Source: an uncultured delta proteobacterium (GTDB taxonomy: Bacteria; Desulfobacterota; BSN033; UBA1163). From it: 64,000 nucleotides of DNA. The DNA lies in contig CAWHBU010000002.1 of assembly GCA_963827685.1 (NCBI GenBank), positions 736,001 to 800,000 of the forward strand, in the 5' to 3' direction. Under the pieces are notes generated by a model, which had not been told where the DNA came from, searched no databases, and saw only the letters and a program-made list of their open reading frames with translations. Each line of letters begins with the position of its first letter. Positions within the stretch are counted from its first letter, which is position 1. The position numbers and the translations under genes were made by a program. This document shows, piece after piece, positions 29,262-39,093 of this stretch.

Positions 29262-30002
29262 TCAATACGCCTGATATCTTTTGAAAAACATATTTCTCGG
29301 AGTGACCACAGAAGTTAAAGTTCGCGGTGAAACCATCTTCGTCACATCCGAATCAACCGGAGATAACCCCGTGGATGCAGGGTTTGCAGTTAAGGTAACG
29401 TAGATGGCCAACACTTTCGCCGTCCCCACATTTGCAGCTGCAACGAAGGTATTGTTGGGGACAGCGGCGGTGTTGTCGACAATGCCGCTCACCGGATCTA
29501 TGTTATCTATGACTCCATCTCCGTTTGCATCGATACCATAGCTGAAATTGAGGTTAGTTACATTACTTAACAGCGTCTCTGGAACGCCGTTGAGAGTCCG
29601 TGTCAAATCTCCTCCTGGCCCTGGCCACGCATAAGTCACTGTGGATACGGTGGGGCTGCCCATGCCCACACTCGGGATATATTCATAATTGACAGTGATA
29701 CTCGTATTACTAAGAGGAGTCCCAATCGCGCCATTGCTGATCACGCCTGAATCATCGAAGCTTCTATTTTTAAACCCTGCCATTCGTATGTCTCTTACCA
29801 TAATTTCCATGGCGCCCCTGACATCCTGTTGAACTTCAGCCACCTGATCCTGAACCGTGTAGGCCCTGGTTTGGGCAATAAAAACTTTGTAAATGCCTCC
29901 AATCACTATCGCGCAAATGACCAATACCACTAACAGTTCGATAAGGGTAACCCCTTTCTTATTAAGTATGGACTGTTTTTTTAACGGATTGTTTTTCATC
30001 AT
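29262..30002 (-). CDS. pilW: PilW-like minor pilin (set 1)
   Basis: KKG/VTLIELLVV, VQQDVRGAM..MVRDIRMAGF, terminal PRN. Confidence 0.85.
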   Translation of the reverse strand: MMKNNPLKKQSILNKKGVTLIELLVVLVICAIVIGGIYKVFIAQTRAYTVQDQVAEVQQDVRGAMEIMVRDIRMAGFKNRSFDDSGVISNGAIGTPLSNTSITVNYEYIPSVGMGSPTVSTVTYAWPGPGGDLTRTLNGVPETLLSNVTNLNFSYGIDANGDGVIDNIDPVSGIVDNTAAVPNNTFVAAANVGTAKVLAIYVTLTANPASTGLSPVDSDVTKMVSPRTLTSVVTPRNMFFKRYQAY

Positions 30003-30032
30003 TTCTCCAAAAAAAAGTGAACCGCGACTCCC

Positions 30033-30434
30033 CTAAGAAAGAGGAATTGCTGAAACAATAGTAATTGAGTGAGGTGTTGTATCGGTCCAGCTAACCGTAA
30101 CGGTAATGATGTCAAGTGTATTGTTGGGATTTGGGACGGCAATATAGCTTCTGGTATAAGTGATCCCCGTGGAACCGACAGGGGGAACTGCACCGGGAAC
30201 CTGATCTGGAGACACCGTTATATTAACCGGGATACTTCCCAACGGCGTCAACCTTAACTTCTCAAGCAAGTCCTGAGCGAATGTGGCAGCCTCTGTCAAG
30301 TGGCCTCCAGAAGCATTATTCTTCGTACTCGTAACCATCAAACCAGCGAGAGCTAATAATGCGATAGACAAAATAACTAAGGCCACAAGTACCTCGATCA
30401 AAGAAAAACCTTCTGATTTGCTTGAAAGCTTCAA
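30033..30434 (-). CDS. pilV: PilV-like minor pilin (set 1)
   Basis: TTG start after GGGGAGGT; SEG/FSLIEVLVALVILSIALL, A..FAQDLLEKLR. Confidence 0.85.
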   Translation of the reverse strand: MKLSSKSEGFSLIEVLVALVILSIALLALAGLMVTSTKNNASGGHLTEAATFAQDLLEKLRLTPLGSIPVNITVSPDQVPGAVPPVGSTGITYTRSYIAVPNPNNTLDIITVTVSWTDTTPHSITIVSAIPLS

Positions 30435-30470
30435 AATTTTACCTCCCCAAAATGGTTTTGAGTTTATTAA

Positions 30471-30487
30471 TGCAAACCCCATACCAA
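30471..30487 (-). promoter_or_regulatory. Sigma54 promoter for the pilV-W-X-Y1 operon
   Basis: Minus strand TTGGTAT-GGGGT-TTGCA. Confidence 0.72.
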
Positions 30488-30703
30488 TAGATTCCCACTT
30501 CGGTAAGGAAAAGGATTGTAGTATGAAATTGTTTAATAGATTTGGTGGGTTACAAGCTAAGAACAACCATTAGAGAAGGGAAAATCTGCACGTGTGGTTC
30601 TTGCTCCTTATGAAAAGTTTTAATTAATTGAGAAAAAATTGCATAGCTTCAAAGGAGGGTTGTTTTTACATGAACCCGATTCGCCTGTTTCATGCTTGAT
30701 GAT

Positions 30704-32083
30704 CTACAGTTCATTTTCAACAATCCCATATTCTTTGATCTTATAGAGCAGCGCACGATGACTGATTTCGAGCAATTTCGCAGCATGGGTATGATTTCCT
30801 TTTGTCTTTCTTAAAGCCTTTTTAATTAAATTGATTTCTAAAGTCTTGGACGTTTTTTTAATAGAATATTCTTCATCGGGCTGCGGCTCCACTTGAAACT
30901 CGTCTTTGAAATTTTGGATTTCGTTGGGTAAATTTTCCAACTCAATATTATTTTTCTCTGACAATACGATAGCCCTTTCGACTGTATTCTCCAGTTCCCT
31001 TACATTTCCGTACCACTTATAGTTGATCAATGTTTCCAGAGCATTGTGATCGATATTCGCCACATTCTTGTTCATGGCTTGATTATATTTCTCAATGAAA
31101 TGTTGGATGAGCAAAGGGATGTCCTCTTTTCTTTCTCGGAGAGGTGGAATGTGGATAGGAAGGACGTTGAGCCGATAGAATAGGTCCTCTCTGAAACGAC
31201 CTTCGTTTACCTCCTTTGACAGATCTTTAACGGTGGCGGCCACTATTCTCACGTCGATCTGAATGGGCTTTGATTCTCCTATCCTCCTTATCTCTCCATC
31301 TTGAAGCACACGCAAAAGTTTCACCTGGAGTTGACCGGGTAAATCTCCAATCTCATCTAAAAAGAGCGTTCCGCCATCCGCCTCTTCAAATAGGCCCTTT
31401 TTCGTCCGAATGGCATCGGTAAAGGCCCCTTTGGCATGCCCGAAGAGCTCGCTTTCTAATAAGTTCTCTGGAATGGCTCCGCAATTGACAGCGATAAAAG
31501 GATTTGGGGATCGGGCGCTGTTATAATGTAGTGCTCTGGCCACCAATTCTTTCCCTGTCCCGCTTTCTCCCGTGATGAGCACGGTGGATTTATATTGAGA
31601 TACTTTTTTAATCACATCGAATATTTTTTGCATTTGTTCATTTTTGCTAACGATATTTTCAAAACTATATTCCTTCCCCACCTCTTTTCTCAAAAGTTGA
31701 TTTTCTTTCCTTAACTGTTCCCTCTCTTCTGCCTTTCTCAAGGTGAGAATAATTTCATCAGGCTTAAAGGGTTTTGAGATGTAATCATATGCTCCGAGTT
31801 TCATCGCTTCAATAGCAGTATCCATCGTTCCATAGGCCGACATCATAATGATCGACGCCTCCACGCCGGTCTTTTTTATCTCTCTCAAAAACTCTAAACC
31901 ATCCATACGGGGCATACGGATATCACAAAGGATCTGATCAAAGGGAGAGGCAGCGGCCTTCTGCAGGCCCTCCTCCCCGGTCGAAGAGACTTCCACCTCG
32001 TATCCCTCTTTGATCAATATCACGGATAACATGTGTCTAAAACTTTCTTCGTCATCCACGATGAGAATGCGTTTAGGAATCAT
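30704..32083 (-). CDS. pilR: Sigma54-dependent response regulator, PilR-like
   Basis: Receiver, GESGTGKE, GAFTDA, HTH; lies in the pilus cluster downstream of a membrane kinase and pilD. Orthology to PilR is inferred from context. Confidence 0.75.
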   Translation of the reverse strand: MIPKRILIVDDEESFRHMLSVILIKEGYEVEVSSTGEEGLQKAAASPFDQILCDIRMPRMDGLEFLREIKKTGVEASIIMMSAYGTMDTAIEAMKLGAYDYISKPFKPDEIILTLRKAEEREQLRKENQLLRKEVGKEYSFENIVSKNEQMQKIFDVIKKVSQYKSTVLITGESGTGKELVARALHYNSARSPNPFIAVNCGAIPENLLESELFGHAKGAFTDAIRTKKGLFEEADGGTLFLDEIGDLPGQLQVKLLRVLQDGEIRRIGESKPIQIDVRIVAATVKDLSKEVNEGRFREDLFYRLNVLPIHIPPLRERKEDIPLLIQHFIEKYNQAMNKNVANIDHNALETLINYKWYGNVRELENTVERAIVLSEKNNIELENLPNEIQNFKDEFQVEPQPDEEYSIKKTSKTLEINLIKKALRKTKGNHTHAAKLLEISHRALLYKIKEYGIVENEL

Positions 32084-32094
32084 TAATGCCTCCT

Positions 32095-32241
32095 CTGGAA
32101 TAATGGAATATTGGAAGACTGGAATATTGGGTGAAAAAAATTCAACCCAACACTACAGCAGGTTTTCCATTTCTTTTCCCATCATTTCATCTTTTTCTCT
32201 TCACATCCTTCCATTATTCCAATATTCCATAATTCCATCTT
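32095..32241. repeat. 8-nt degenerate repeat arm (TGGAATAA / TTATTCCA), both orientations
   Basis: CTGGAATAATGGAATATTGGAAGACTGGAATATTGGG at 32095 and CCATTATTCCAATATTCCATAATTCCA at 32211. Confidence 0.85.
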
Positions 32242-32655
32242 TCATTGTTGAAAGGTGTCTTCCCACTGGCCACCTTTTTGCTTTCGTTGGAGCGATTCAA
32301 TCAATTTCAACAATTGGTTTTCGACCTTGTAATGGAGCTCGTCTAAGTCTTCATATTCTTCCTTTGATATTTGATCTGCTTGCATACAGCTTTCGTAGCA
32401 GGAATGAAACTCACCACACGAGCCAAGAGCAATGTTCAAATGGTTCAGATACTCTTTTAAACTCCTTCGGCAGTAGCCTTCTGAAATATTTCTTGATATG
32501 CTGTGAGCAGCATCAACGCTATTTGCCGAAATCTTCTTCAGTTCAAAGGGAAACTTAGCAAAGACCTTACAAGCCAGGATGTAAAGTAAAACTGAATCTT
32601 TCCATACGTTGAGCCTCTTAAATCCCCTATTGACGTTTTTCCTTTCAGTATTCAT
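32242..32655 (-). CDS. Four-helix-bundle protein (23S rRNA IVS protein / TIGR02436 family)
   Basis: GFKRLNVWK, AAHSISRNISEGYCRRS..EYLNHLNIALGSCGE, LLKLIESL. Confidence 0.9.
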   Translation of the reverse strand: MNTERKNVNRGFKRLNVWKDSVLLYILACKVFAKFPFELKKISANSVDAAHSISRNISEGYCRRSLKEYLNHLNIALGSCGEFHSCYESCMQADQISKEEYEDLDELHYKVENQLLKLIESLQRKQKGGQWEDTFQQ

Positions 32656-32771
32656 CCCATTATTCCATCATTCCAGTCTTCCATCATACCATTCTTTCTT
32701 TTTCTATTATTCCATCTTTCTATCCTTTTTCTTTTCCATAATTCCACCATTCCATTATTCCACTATTCCAG
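32656..32771. repeat. 8-nt degenerate repeat arm upstream of the four-helix-bundle gene
   Basis: CCCATTATTCCATCATTCCAGTCTTCCATCATACCA ... CCATAATTCCACCATTCCATTATTCCACTATTCCAG. Confidence 0.85.
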
Positions 32772-32776
32772 TTTCT

Positions 32777-34450
32777 TTAGGCTGCTGGAAAATAGATCTC
32801 GAAGCTTGTTCCTTTTCCAAGCTCGCTCTCCACCCTTATTTCCCCTCCCAATGACTCAACAATCTTTAAAGAAATCGATAAACCAAGGCCTGTTCCTTTA
32901 TCCGGAGCTTTGGTTGTAAAAAAGGGGTCGAAAATATTTTCTAAATCTTCTTTTTTGATTCCACTCCCTGTATCAGAGATTCGGACCTTAACGAGTCGGT
33001 CCCCTTTTGAGAATTTTGTTGAGAAAGCAGAAAGGGGATCGGATTTCCGCAAATAAGAATAATCGGATTCCATCGGATCACTTTTACGTCTCGGAGGATA
33101 AGGGCGTTGAAACCAGTCGTCATATAAATGTTCCATGACGTGTCCTTCCGTTTGAATTTGTAATATACCGCCATCTGGCATGGCATCGATTGCATTTAAA
33201 ATGATGTTAATAATAACTTGAGAAAGCTGCGATTCGTCCCCTTTGATTACAGGAAGGTTAGACTGCAGGTCTAATCGGGTTTCGATATTTTTAAAATCTT
33301 TTTGATACGATAATAAAGAGAGGGTGCTTTCAACGATCTTATTGATTTCCACCTCACGTATTTCCAATTTAGATGGCCTTGCAAAATCCAGAAGCTCCCG
33401 GACGATTTTGTTAATCCGTTCTATTTCTTTTTCGATCCTCTTCAAATAGTCCTTCGATTCGTCACGATCCATCCCTTCCTTCCTCAAAATGTTCGTATAT
33501 CCCAGAATGGCCCCTAAAGGGTTCCCCACTTCATGGGCCACACCTGCGGCGAACCTTCCAACGGAGGCGAGTTTCTCTGTACGGATCAGTTCTTCCTGGG
33601 TTTGCTTCAATTGGTTGTTGGCTAATTCAAGGGATTCCAAATATTTTTCTAAACTGTCTTGATTTTCTTTCAACCTCTCGATCATTCGATTGAAAGACCC
33701 TATGAGCTGTCCTATCTCATTTTTGCTGGTCACTTCAATTTTTTGGCTGAAATCCCCGTTACTGATTCTTTTTGTCAATCGGACAAGATCTTTAACGGGT
33801 TTAACTAAAACCCGCGAAAGTAAAAAGCTCCCGAAAATGATCAGGACAAAGGCGTCGAAGAGGACGGTGATTAAAATGATTCTTTGAGATTCTAATAAAG
33901 TTGTCATTAAATCCCCGATGAAAACCTCCATTTGAATACCGCCAACAATTTTCCCATGATGCCATAAGGGGGAGTAAAGTATCATTTTTTGATAATGGGT
34001 TGATAAAAAGTTCCCTGATTTTTCAATTTCAGCTCTTGATTCACCTGATTGGATAGCCTTTTGCAGAAACGGATCAGTAGATCGTCTATTGATCAACTCT
34101 GATTTCTTGCTGGCAATGATATCGAATTGCATATCTACAATCAATAACTCATAGAATCCCTTCCCTTTCGCATACGTGTAAATAAAATTTTGAACCTCTT
34201 TCTTAGCAAGAGGGTTATCTAATGTAAATTCCTTTTTATCGCGTGATATAAAATCAACGATGGTTTGGAAATCTTGGACCATCCTCTCCCCATACTTGAT
34301 CTTTTCTCGGAGGATATTCCTCTCAACGATCTTGGACATCGTAAACCCGATTAACAGGATTGCGGCCAACATGAGAAAGGATATATTAATGATGACTTCT
34401 GTCCTGAGGCCTAAATTTATTTTTTTAAATAACCAAAAACCCTGTTTCAT
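32777..34450 (-). CDS. Membrane sensor histidine kinase with HAMP domain (cognate of the PilR-like regulator)
   Basis: Two TM helices, HAMP, AHEVGNPL H-box, NAIDAM, DTGSGI, FDPFFTTK, GTGLGL. Confidence 0.88.
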   Translation of the reverse strand: MKQGFWLFKKINLGLRTEVIINISFLMLAAILLIGFTMSKIVERNILREKIKYGERMVQDFQTIVDFISRDKKEFTLDNPLAKKEVQNFIYTYAKGKGFYELLIVDMQFDIIASKKSELINRRSTDPFLQKAIQSGESRAEIEKSGNFLSTHYQKMILYSPLWHHGKIVGGIQMEVFIGDLMTTLLESQRIILITVLFDAFVLIIFGSFLLSRVLVKPVKDLVRLTKRISNGDFSQKIEVTSKNEIGQLIGSFNRMIERLKENQDSLEKYLESLELANNQLKQTQEELIRTEKLASVGRFAAGVAHEVGNPLGAILGYTNILRKEGMDRDESKDYLKRIEKEIERINKIVRELLDFARPSKLEIREVEINKIVESTLSLLSYQKDFKNIETRLDLQSNLPVIKGDESQLSQVIINIILNAIDAMPDGGILQIQTEGHVMEHLYDDWFQRPYPPRRKSDPMESDYSYLRKSDPLSAFSTKFSKGDRLVKVRISDTGSGIKKEDLENIFDPFFTTKAPDKGTGLGLSISLKIVESLGGEIRVESELGKGTSFEIYFPAA

Positions 34451-34451
34451 A

Positions 34452-35219
34452 TCATCCCCTATATCGCAGGTACCAGAATATTATTTCATTTTGGTAAAAA
34501 AGAGCGATCACAGCGCCAAGTGAAAGAAACGGTCCAAAGGGTATAGCATATTTAAAATCCTTTCCTTTCAAGACCATAATGATAATACCAGTAATAGAAC
34601 CAATAAGTGAACTTAAAAAAATGGTTAGGATGACGGCTTTCCATCCCAAGAAACCGCCGATCATAGCTAGCAATTTGACATCTCCTCCTCCCATCCCTTC
34701 CCTTTTAAAAAGCCACTGATATATAGTCGCAACTAAAAAGAGACTCCCACCTCCCAATAGTATCCCTAATAAGGAATTGAGAAAAGTGATCTGGGGGATA
34801 ATTAGAGAGGCCAATAGACCCGCTCCTATCCCTGGAAGGCTGATCACATCCGGAATGATCTGGTGATAGAAGTCGATAACGGTGATCACAATCAAGGCGG
34901 AAAGAAAGGCAAAATAGATCAGATAGCCCACCGAAGGCCCGAATCTCAAGAAGAGAAGAAAGGATCCCAGGGCCGCGATCCCTTCCACCAGCGGATACTG
35001 AATGGAAATGGAGGCCTGGCAATCGCGGCATTTCCCTTTGAGGACAAGGTAGCTGATGATCGGGATATTGTCGTAGAACCGAATCGGGTGCCCGCACCGC
35101 AGGCAGTGGGACCCCGGATAGACAATAGATTCCTCCTTCGGCAGCCTCGCAATGCATACATTCAAGAAACTGCCGACCATCGCTCCAAAAAGGATTGAGA
35201 AAATATTAACCATGGGCAT
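34452..35219 (-). CDS. pilD: Prepilin peptidase / N-methyltransferase
   Basis: GSFLNVCI.RLP, S.C..C, GKCRDC, ID....IIPD, GMGGGDVKL, IPFGPFL. Confidence 0.95.
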   Translation of the reverse strand: MPMVNIFSILFGAMVGSFLNVCIARLPKEESIVYPGSHCLRCGHPIRFYDNIPIISYLVLKGKCRDCQASISIQYPLVEGIAALGSFLLFLRFGPSVGYLIYFAFLSALIVITVIDFYHQIIPDVISLPGIGAGLLASLIIPQITFLNSLLGILLGGGSLFLVATIYQWLFKREGMGGGDVKLLAMIGGFLGWKAVILTIFLSSLIGSITGIIIMVLKGKDFKYAIPFGPFLSLGAVIALFYQNEIIFWYLRYRG

Positions 35220-37124
35220 TTACCTGTGATGCTCCAAATCTTGAATCATCCACCTCAGACCTTCAATTCTGTTTTTGGCTTTAGGCGCAGCTTCGATCCC
35301 CTTAGTATAATAATGTCTTGCTTTTTCCAAATCCTTAAACTTGCTCGCATATATATTTCCGAGTTCCTCATAACCACTGATGATATGGGGGGCTAATTCA
35401 ACAGATCTCAGAAGTTCTGAAATGGCCTCTTCATAGCGCCCCGCATCCTTATAAAGGAGTCCTAATCGGAAGTGGAGATTGGCGTTTTGAGGACTTTTCA
35501 ATAGCAAATATCGCAGAACCTCTTCGGCCTTTTTATACTCTTTTTGCCTCTGATAAAAAACAGACAGATTGATTTTGATTGTATCATCATCTGGTTTCAA
35601 CTGTATCGCCGTTGAGAACTCCTCCAATGCCTTCTCAGGTTCATCCAATCTGCCGTAAACAATACCAAGATTATTCCGAGATTGATAATCATACGGAAAA
35701 ATCTCGACAGCTCTTTCAAGATATTTCACTGCTTTATCATCCATAGCCAAATCCATATACACCACACCCATGAGAGCATTCGCTGAATTGCTGTTTGGAT
35801 ACTTTTCGACAGCATCCGCCCATAATGTATAGCTATTTTCCCATAAGGTGTTTTGTCGAATGGTCATGAATGAATAACCTGCCAAGAGAGACGCAAAGAT
35901 CACTACCGACAATAATTTGAAGAATCCCTCAGAAAACTTTTTATGCTGAAAAGCATAAAGCCGCTCAAAGGCAACCCCTAGCACAAAAACGTAAGAAAAA
36001 GAGGCTATGAATACATAACGATCCGCTTTAAGCGTACTGATGGGAATGATATTCAAGTAAGGTAAAATAGTAATAAGGAAGAAAAAAAAGGAGAAAAAGA
36101 TGATCTTGGTCCGCCGAAGAGATAGGACACTAATGGCAAAAAGGAAGAACGTGATGAGAAATAGAATCACATTTTTCAGACAAAAAACCGGCATATTCAC
36201 CGAAAAAGAATAAGCTGCCGAGTAATTGATCGTAAAGAGAAGAAGTTTAATGTTTTGCAGAAAGACATAGATGCAAATCAGAAGGTTACTTGCGAAACTA
36301 TCTCCTTTATAGTGTTTGATGCCGCCTGCCTCAAACATCACCTTCAGTAAAATGAAGGTGAAGATGGCCGATAGGATTAGAAGGGAGATAACGAAGACCC
36401 AGTGACGTTTGAAAAAAGTTATGAACCCCTTTTTCCTTTTCGAAATCTCATAGACGGCAATAACCCCTGGAAAAATAACTGCAGAAGGTTTTGAAAGAGT
36501 TGCCAAAAGGATGGAAAGGACCACCAGACTTAGGTAAAAGTATAAAGCTCTTCGTCCGGTCTCCTTGTTTGCCTTGAGGTAGAGATAGAATCCAAGGAAG
36601 AAAAAGAATCCTTGAAGGACTTCTTTTCTGGCCGCAAGCCAAGTCACCGCTTCAACGTGAACAGGGTGGGCTGCGAAAAGAAGTGCCCCAAAAATCGCAA
36701 CCCGCCCATGAGAAATCGGAGATGCTTCTTTTCTCAACTCAGCAGAAAGGAGACGGAGGGTGAGAAAAACCATGATGCAGGTGAGGATGTAGAAAAAGAT
36801 GTTCGTGATATGGTAGCCTATCGGGTTAAGCTTCCATATCCTGTAATCAATGGCATAACTGAGCATCCGGACGGGCTGGTAAGTATTTCCTTCTTGAAGC
36901 GTAAATATTTTCCTGATTCCGTCCAAATCCAAATTTCGGATGGAGGGATTTTGATAGATCATCCCATCATCCCAATTTGTAAATTGGTTCCCGAGCGAGT
37001 TGAAATAGAGTGTTGCAACAAATACCGAGATAAGGCAGCAGAGCCCGATTAGCTTGATAGGTTTACTGCCGCCCTCAAGTTCAACAGCACCGAATTGGCG
37101 TATTCCATTCCTTCTAAGCTCCAT
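35220..37124 (-). CDS. TMTC-like membrane glycosyltransferase (GT-C fold plus TPR)
   Basis: F..WDD, YQPVR.LSY, GYH.TN, LFAAHPVHVEAV.W, ADRY, W.NS.TLW, C-terminal TPRs. Confidence 0.82.
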   Translation of the reverse strand: MELRRNGIRQFGAVELEGGSKPIKLIGLCCLISVFVATLYFNSLGNQFTNWDDGMIYQNPSIRNLDLDGIRKIFTLQEGNTYQPVRMLSYAIDYRIWKLNPIGYHITNIFFYILTCIMVFLTLRLLSAELRKEASPISHGRVAIFGALLFAAHPVHVEAVTWLAARKEVLQGFFFFLGFYLYLKANKETGRRALYFYLSLVVLSILLATLSKPSAVIFPGVIAVYEISKRKKGFITFFKRHWVFVISLLILSAIFTFILLKVMFEAGGIKHYKGDSFASNLLICIYVFLQNIKLLLFTINYSAAYSFSVNMPVFCLKNVILFLITFFLFAISVLSLRRTKIIFFSFFFFLITILPYLNIIPISTLKADRYVFIASFSYVFVLGVAFERLYAFQHKKFSEGFFKLLSVVIFASLLAGYSFMTIRQNTLWENSYTLWADAVEKYPNSNSANALMGVVYMDLAMDDKAVKYLERAVEIFPYDYQSRNNLGIVYGRLDEPEKALEEFSTAIQLKPDDDTIKINLSVFYQRQKEYKKAEEVLRYLLLKSPQNANLHFRLGLLYKDAGRYEEAISELLRSVELAPHIISGYEELGNIYASKFKDLEKARHYYTKGIEAAPKAKNRIEGLRWMIQDLEHHR

Positions 37125-39093
37125 AGAAAAAAGAATCTCCTTCCCTATCGATAAAGACCCTGAACCACATTTCTAAAAAAAGCAAAGCCCATATTTTCGA
37201 CGAATGGTCATAGCGCAATGCAATATGATCGTTTAGCAGACGCTGGACGCCTTCTCTTCTGAAATATCCCCGCTTTAGCGTCCTTGGATCCAACAGAATA
37301 TCATAGACATAATCTTTCAATTCATTTCTGAACCATCTTGAAACCGGGACCCCGAAGCCCATTTTCCTCCTCTTGAAAACCGCATCAGGCAGAAAATCCT
37401 TAAAAGCTGTTTTCAAGATGAATTTACTTTTCGTCCCTTTCAGTTTCAAATGAGACGGAATTCCAGCAACCAATTCCATAAACTTATGATCGAGAAAGGG
37501 GACTCGGGCTTCGAGAGAATTTGCCATGGTGGCAATATCCATCTTGACGAGAAGGTCTTCAGGAAGGTAGGTTATCATATCCAGATAAAGCAATTTTTCT
37601 AAAAGATCATCCGTGTCCCCTTCCTCATATTTTTTAATCAGATAGTCCAAGGGGTCCGTTCCCTTCACCTGTCTCGAAAAATCTTCAGAAAAAACGCCAT
37701 CCTTATCTTTTTGATTGAAAACCTTTATCTGCTCGGCATAATTTCGTCCTTGATGAGAGGATAACGTTTCTGTAAAATCAGCCAGGCGGTTCAGTGTCTT
37801 TCGCTTCCAGGGTGATTGGGAGAGTATCCTCAAGAAGGATGGCAGGAGGCTTCTTCGCACTTTTTTAGGTAACCGGGTGAACCACGATACATATTTACTC
37901 CGGAGATAGCGGGGATATCCTGCGAAATTTTCGTCTCCTGCATCTCCTGTAAGCACAACCTTCACATAATCCCTCGTCATATTTGCAACGTAATAGGTTG
38001 GGATTGCAGAGGAATCGGCGAAAGGCTCGTTATAGTACCATACCAGCTTAGGCAGAATTTCAATCGCATTCGGTTTCACAACGAATTCATGATGTTCTGT
38101 AGCAAAGTGATTCGAAACTAATCTTGCATAGAAAAGTTCATCAAAGTCCTTCTCCTCAAACCCAATTGAAAAGGTTTTAACAGGCTTCGCGCTAAACTTT
38201 GCCATGATCCCAACGATCAGACTGGAATCCACACCCCCACTTAGAAAGGCGCCCAGCGGAACATCGCTAATCAACCTGAGATTCACAGACTCTTCGAGTT
38301 CTGTTCGTATCCGATCCCCCACTTCTTGCGCGTCGGTATAAGTTTGATGGCTCGAATTAAATTTGAGTTTCCAGTAACGCTCTATCTTGATATTGCCGTT
38401 TCGGTCATAAAGAAGGTAGTGGGCTGGAGGCAGCTTCTTTATTCCTTCGAATATTGTGTCTGGAGAAGGAACGTATTGATAGGTCAAGTATTGATGGATG
38501 GCAGTAGCATTTATTTTTCTTTCGATTCCCGGAATCTGGAGAAGAGCTTTGATCTCCGAAGCAAAAGCAAAATGACCGTTTTGGTGGGTATAGACTAAAG
38601 GTTTTTTCCCCAATCGGTCGCGGGCCATGAATAATCGCTGGAGGTTCGAGTCCCATATTGCAAAGGCAAACATTCCACGGAAATTATTTAGGCATTCCAC
38701 CCCCCACTCTTCGTAGGCATGGAGGATCACATCTGTATCCGACTTTGATTTGAAGGAATGCCCCCGCTTTTCTAATTCCCCTCGTATCTCTTGGAAGTTA
38801 TAAATCTCCCCGTTGAAAACGATCCAGATCTTTCCGTCCTCATTCGTCATGGGTTGATGAGCAGCCTCCGAAAGATCAATGATAGAAAGACGCCGATGCC
38901 CCAACCCAACCTCAAAAGGATTTGTATCAGGAATGAATTCCGAGGAATCCTTCACCTCAAGATATTGATTACCTTTGATGAAAACCATGCCTTGATCATC
39001 AGGCCCCCGATGAGATAATACTCTGCACATCCATTGAATGGGCTCCACCCTGACACCCTCATTAAAATCTATTTCTCCACAGATTCCACACAT
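37114..39093 (-). CDS. asnB: Asparagine synthase (glutamine-hydrolysing)-family amidotransferase
   Basis: MCGICG, HRGPD, LGHRRLSIIDL, FLSGGVDSS, SLEARVPFLD. Confidence 0.92.
   Translation of the reverse strand: MCGICGEIDFNEGVRVEPIQWMCRVLSHRGPDDQGMVFIKGNQYLEVKDSSEFIPDTNPFEVGLGHRRLSIIDLSEAAHQPMTNEDGKIWIVFNGEIYNFQEIRGELEKRGHSFKSKSDTDVILHAYEEWGVECLNNFRGMFAFAIWDSNLQRLFMARDRLGKKPLVYTHQNGHFAFASEIKALLQIPGIERKINATAIHQYLTYQYVPSPDTIFEGIKKLPPAHYLLYDRNGNIKIERYWKLKFNSSHQTYTDAQEVGDRIRTELEESVNLRLISDVPLGAFLSGGVDSSLIVGIMAKFSAKPVKTFSIGFEEKDFDELFYARLVSNHFATEHHEFVVKPNAIEILPKLVWYYNEPFADSSAIPTYYVANMTRDYVKVVLTGDAGDENFAGYPRYLRSKYVSWFTRLPKKVRRSLLPSFLRILSQSPWKRKTLNRLADFTETLSSHQGRNYAEQIKVFNQKDKDGVFSEDFSRQVKGTDPLDYLIKKYEEGDTDDLLEKLLYLDMITYLPEDLLVKMDIATMANSLEARVPFLDHKFMELVAGIPSHLKLKGTKSKFILKTAFKDFLPDAVFKRRKMGFGVPVSRWFRNELKDYVYDILLDPRTLKRGYFRREGVQRLLNDHIALRYDHSSKIWALLFLEMWFRVFIDREGDSFFYGA

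Noticed and set aside
32095-32771. CRISPR array or diversity-generating retroelement
   Set aside because: Repeats are 8-nt degenerate units without unique spacers. The ORF is Avd-like in fold only, and no reverse transcriptase or TR/VR pair was seen.
32010-32854. Plus-strand ORFs 32010-32558 and 32609-32854
   Set aside because: Antisense to the four-helix-bundle gene and made of translated repeat (FHYSIIP-like) sequence.
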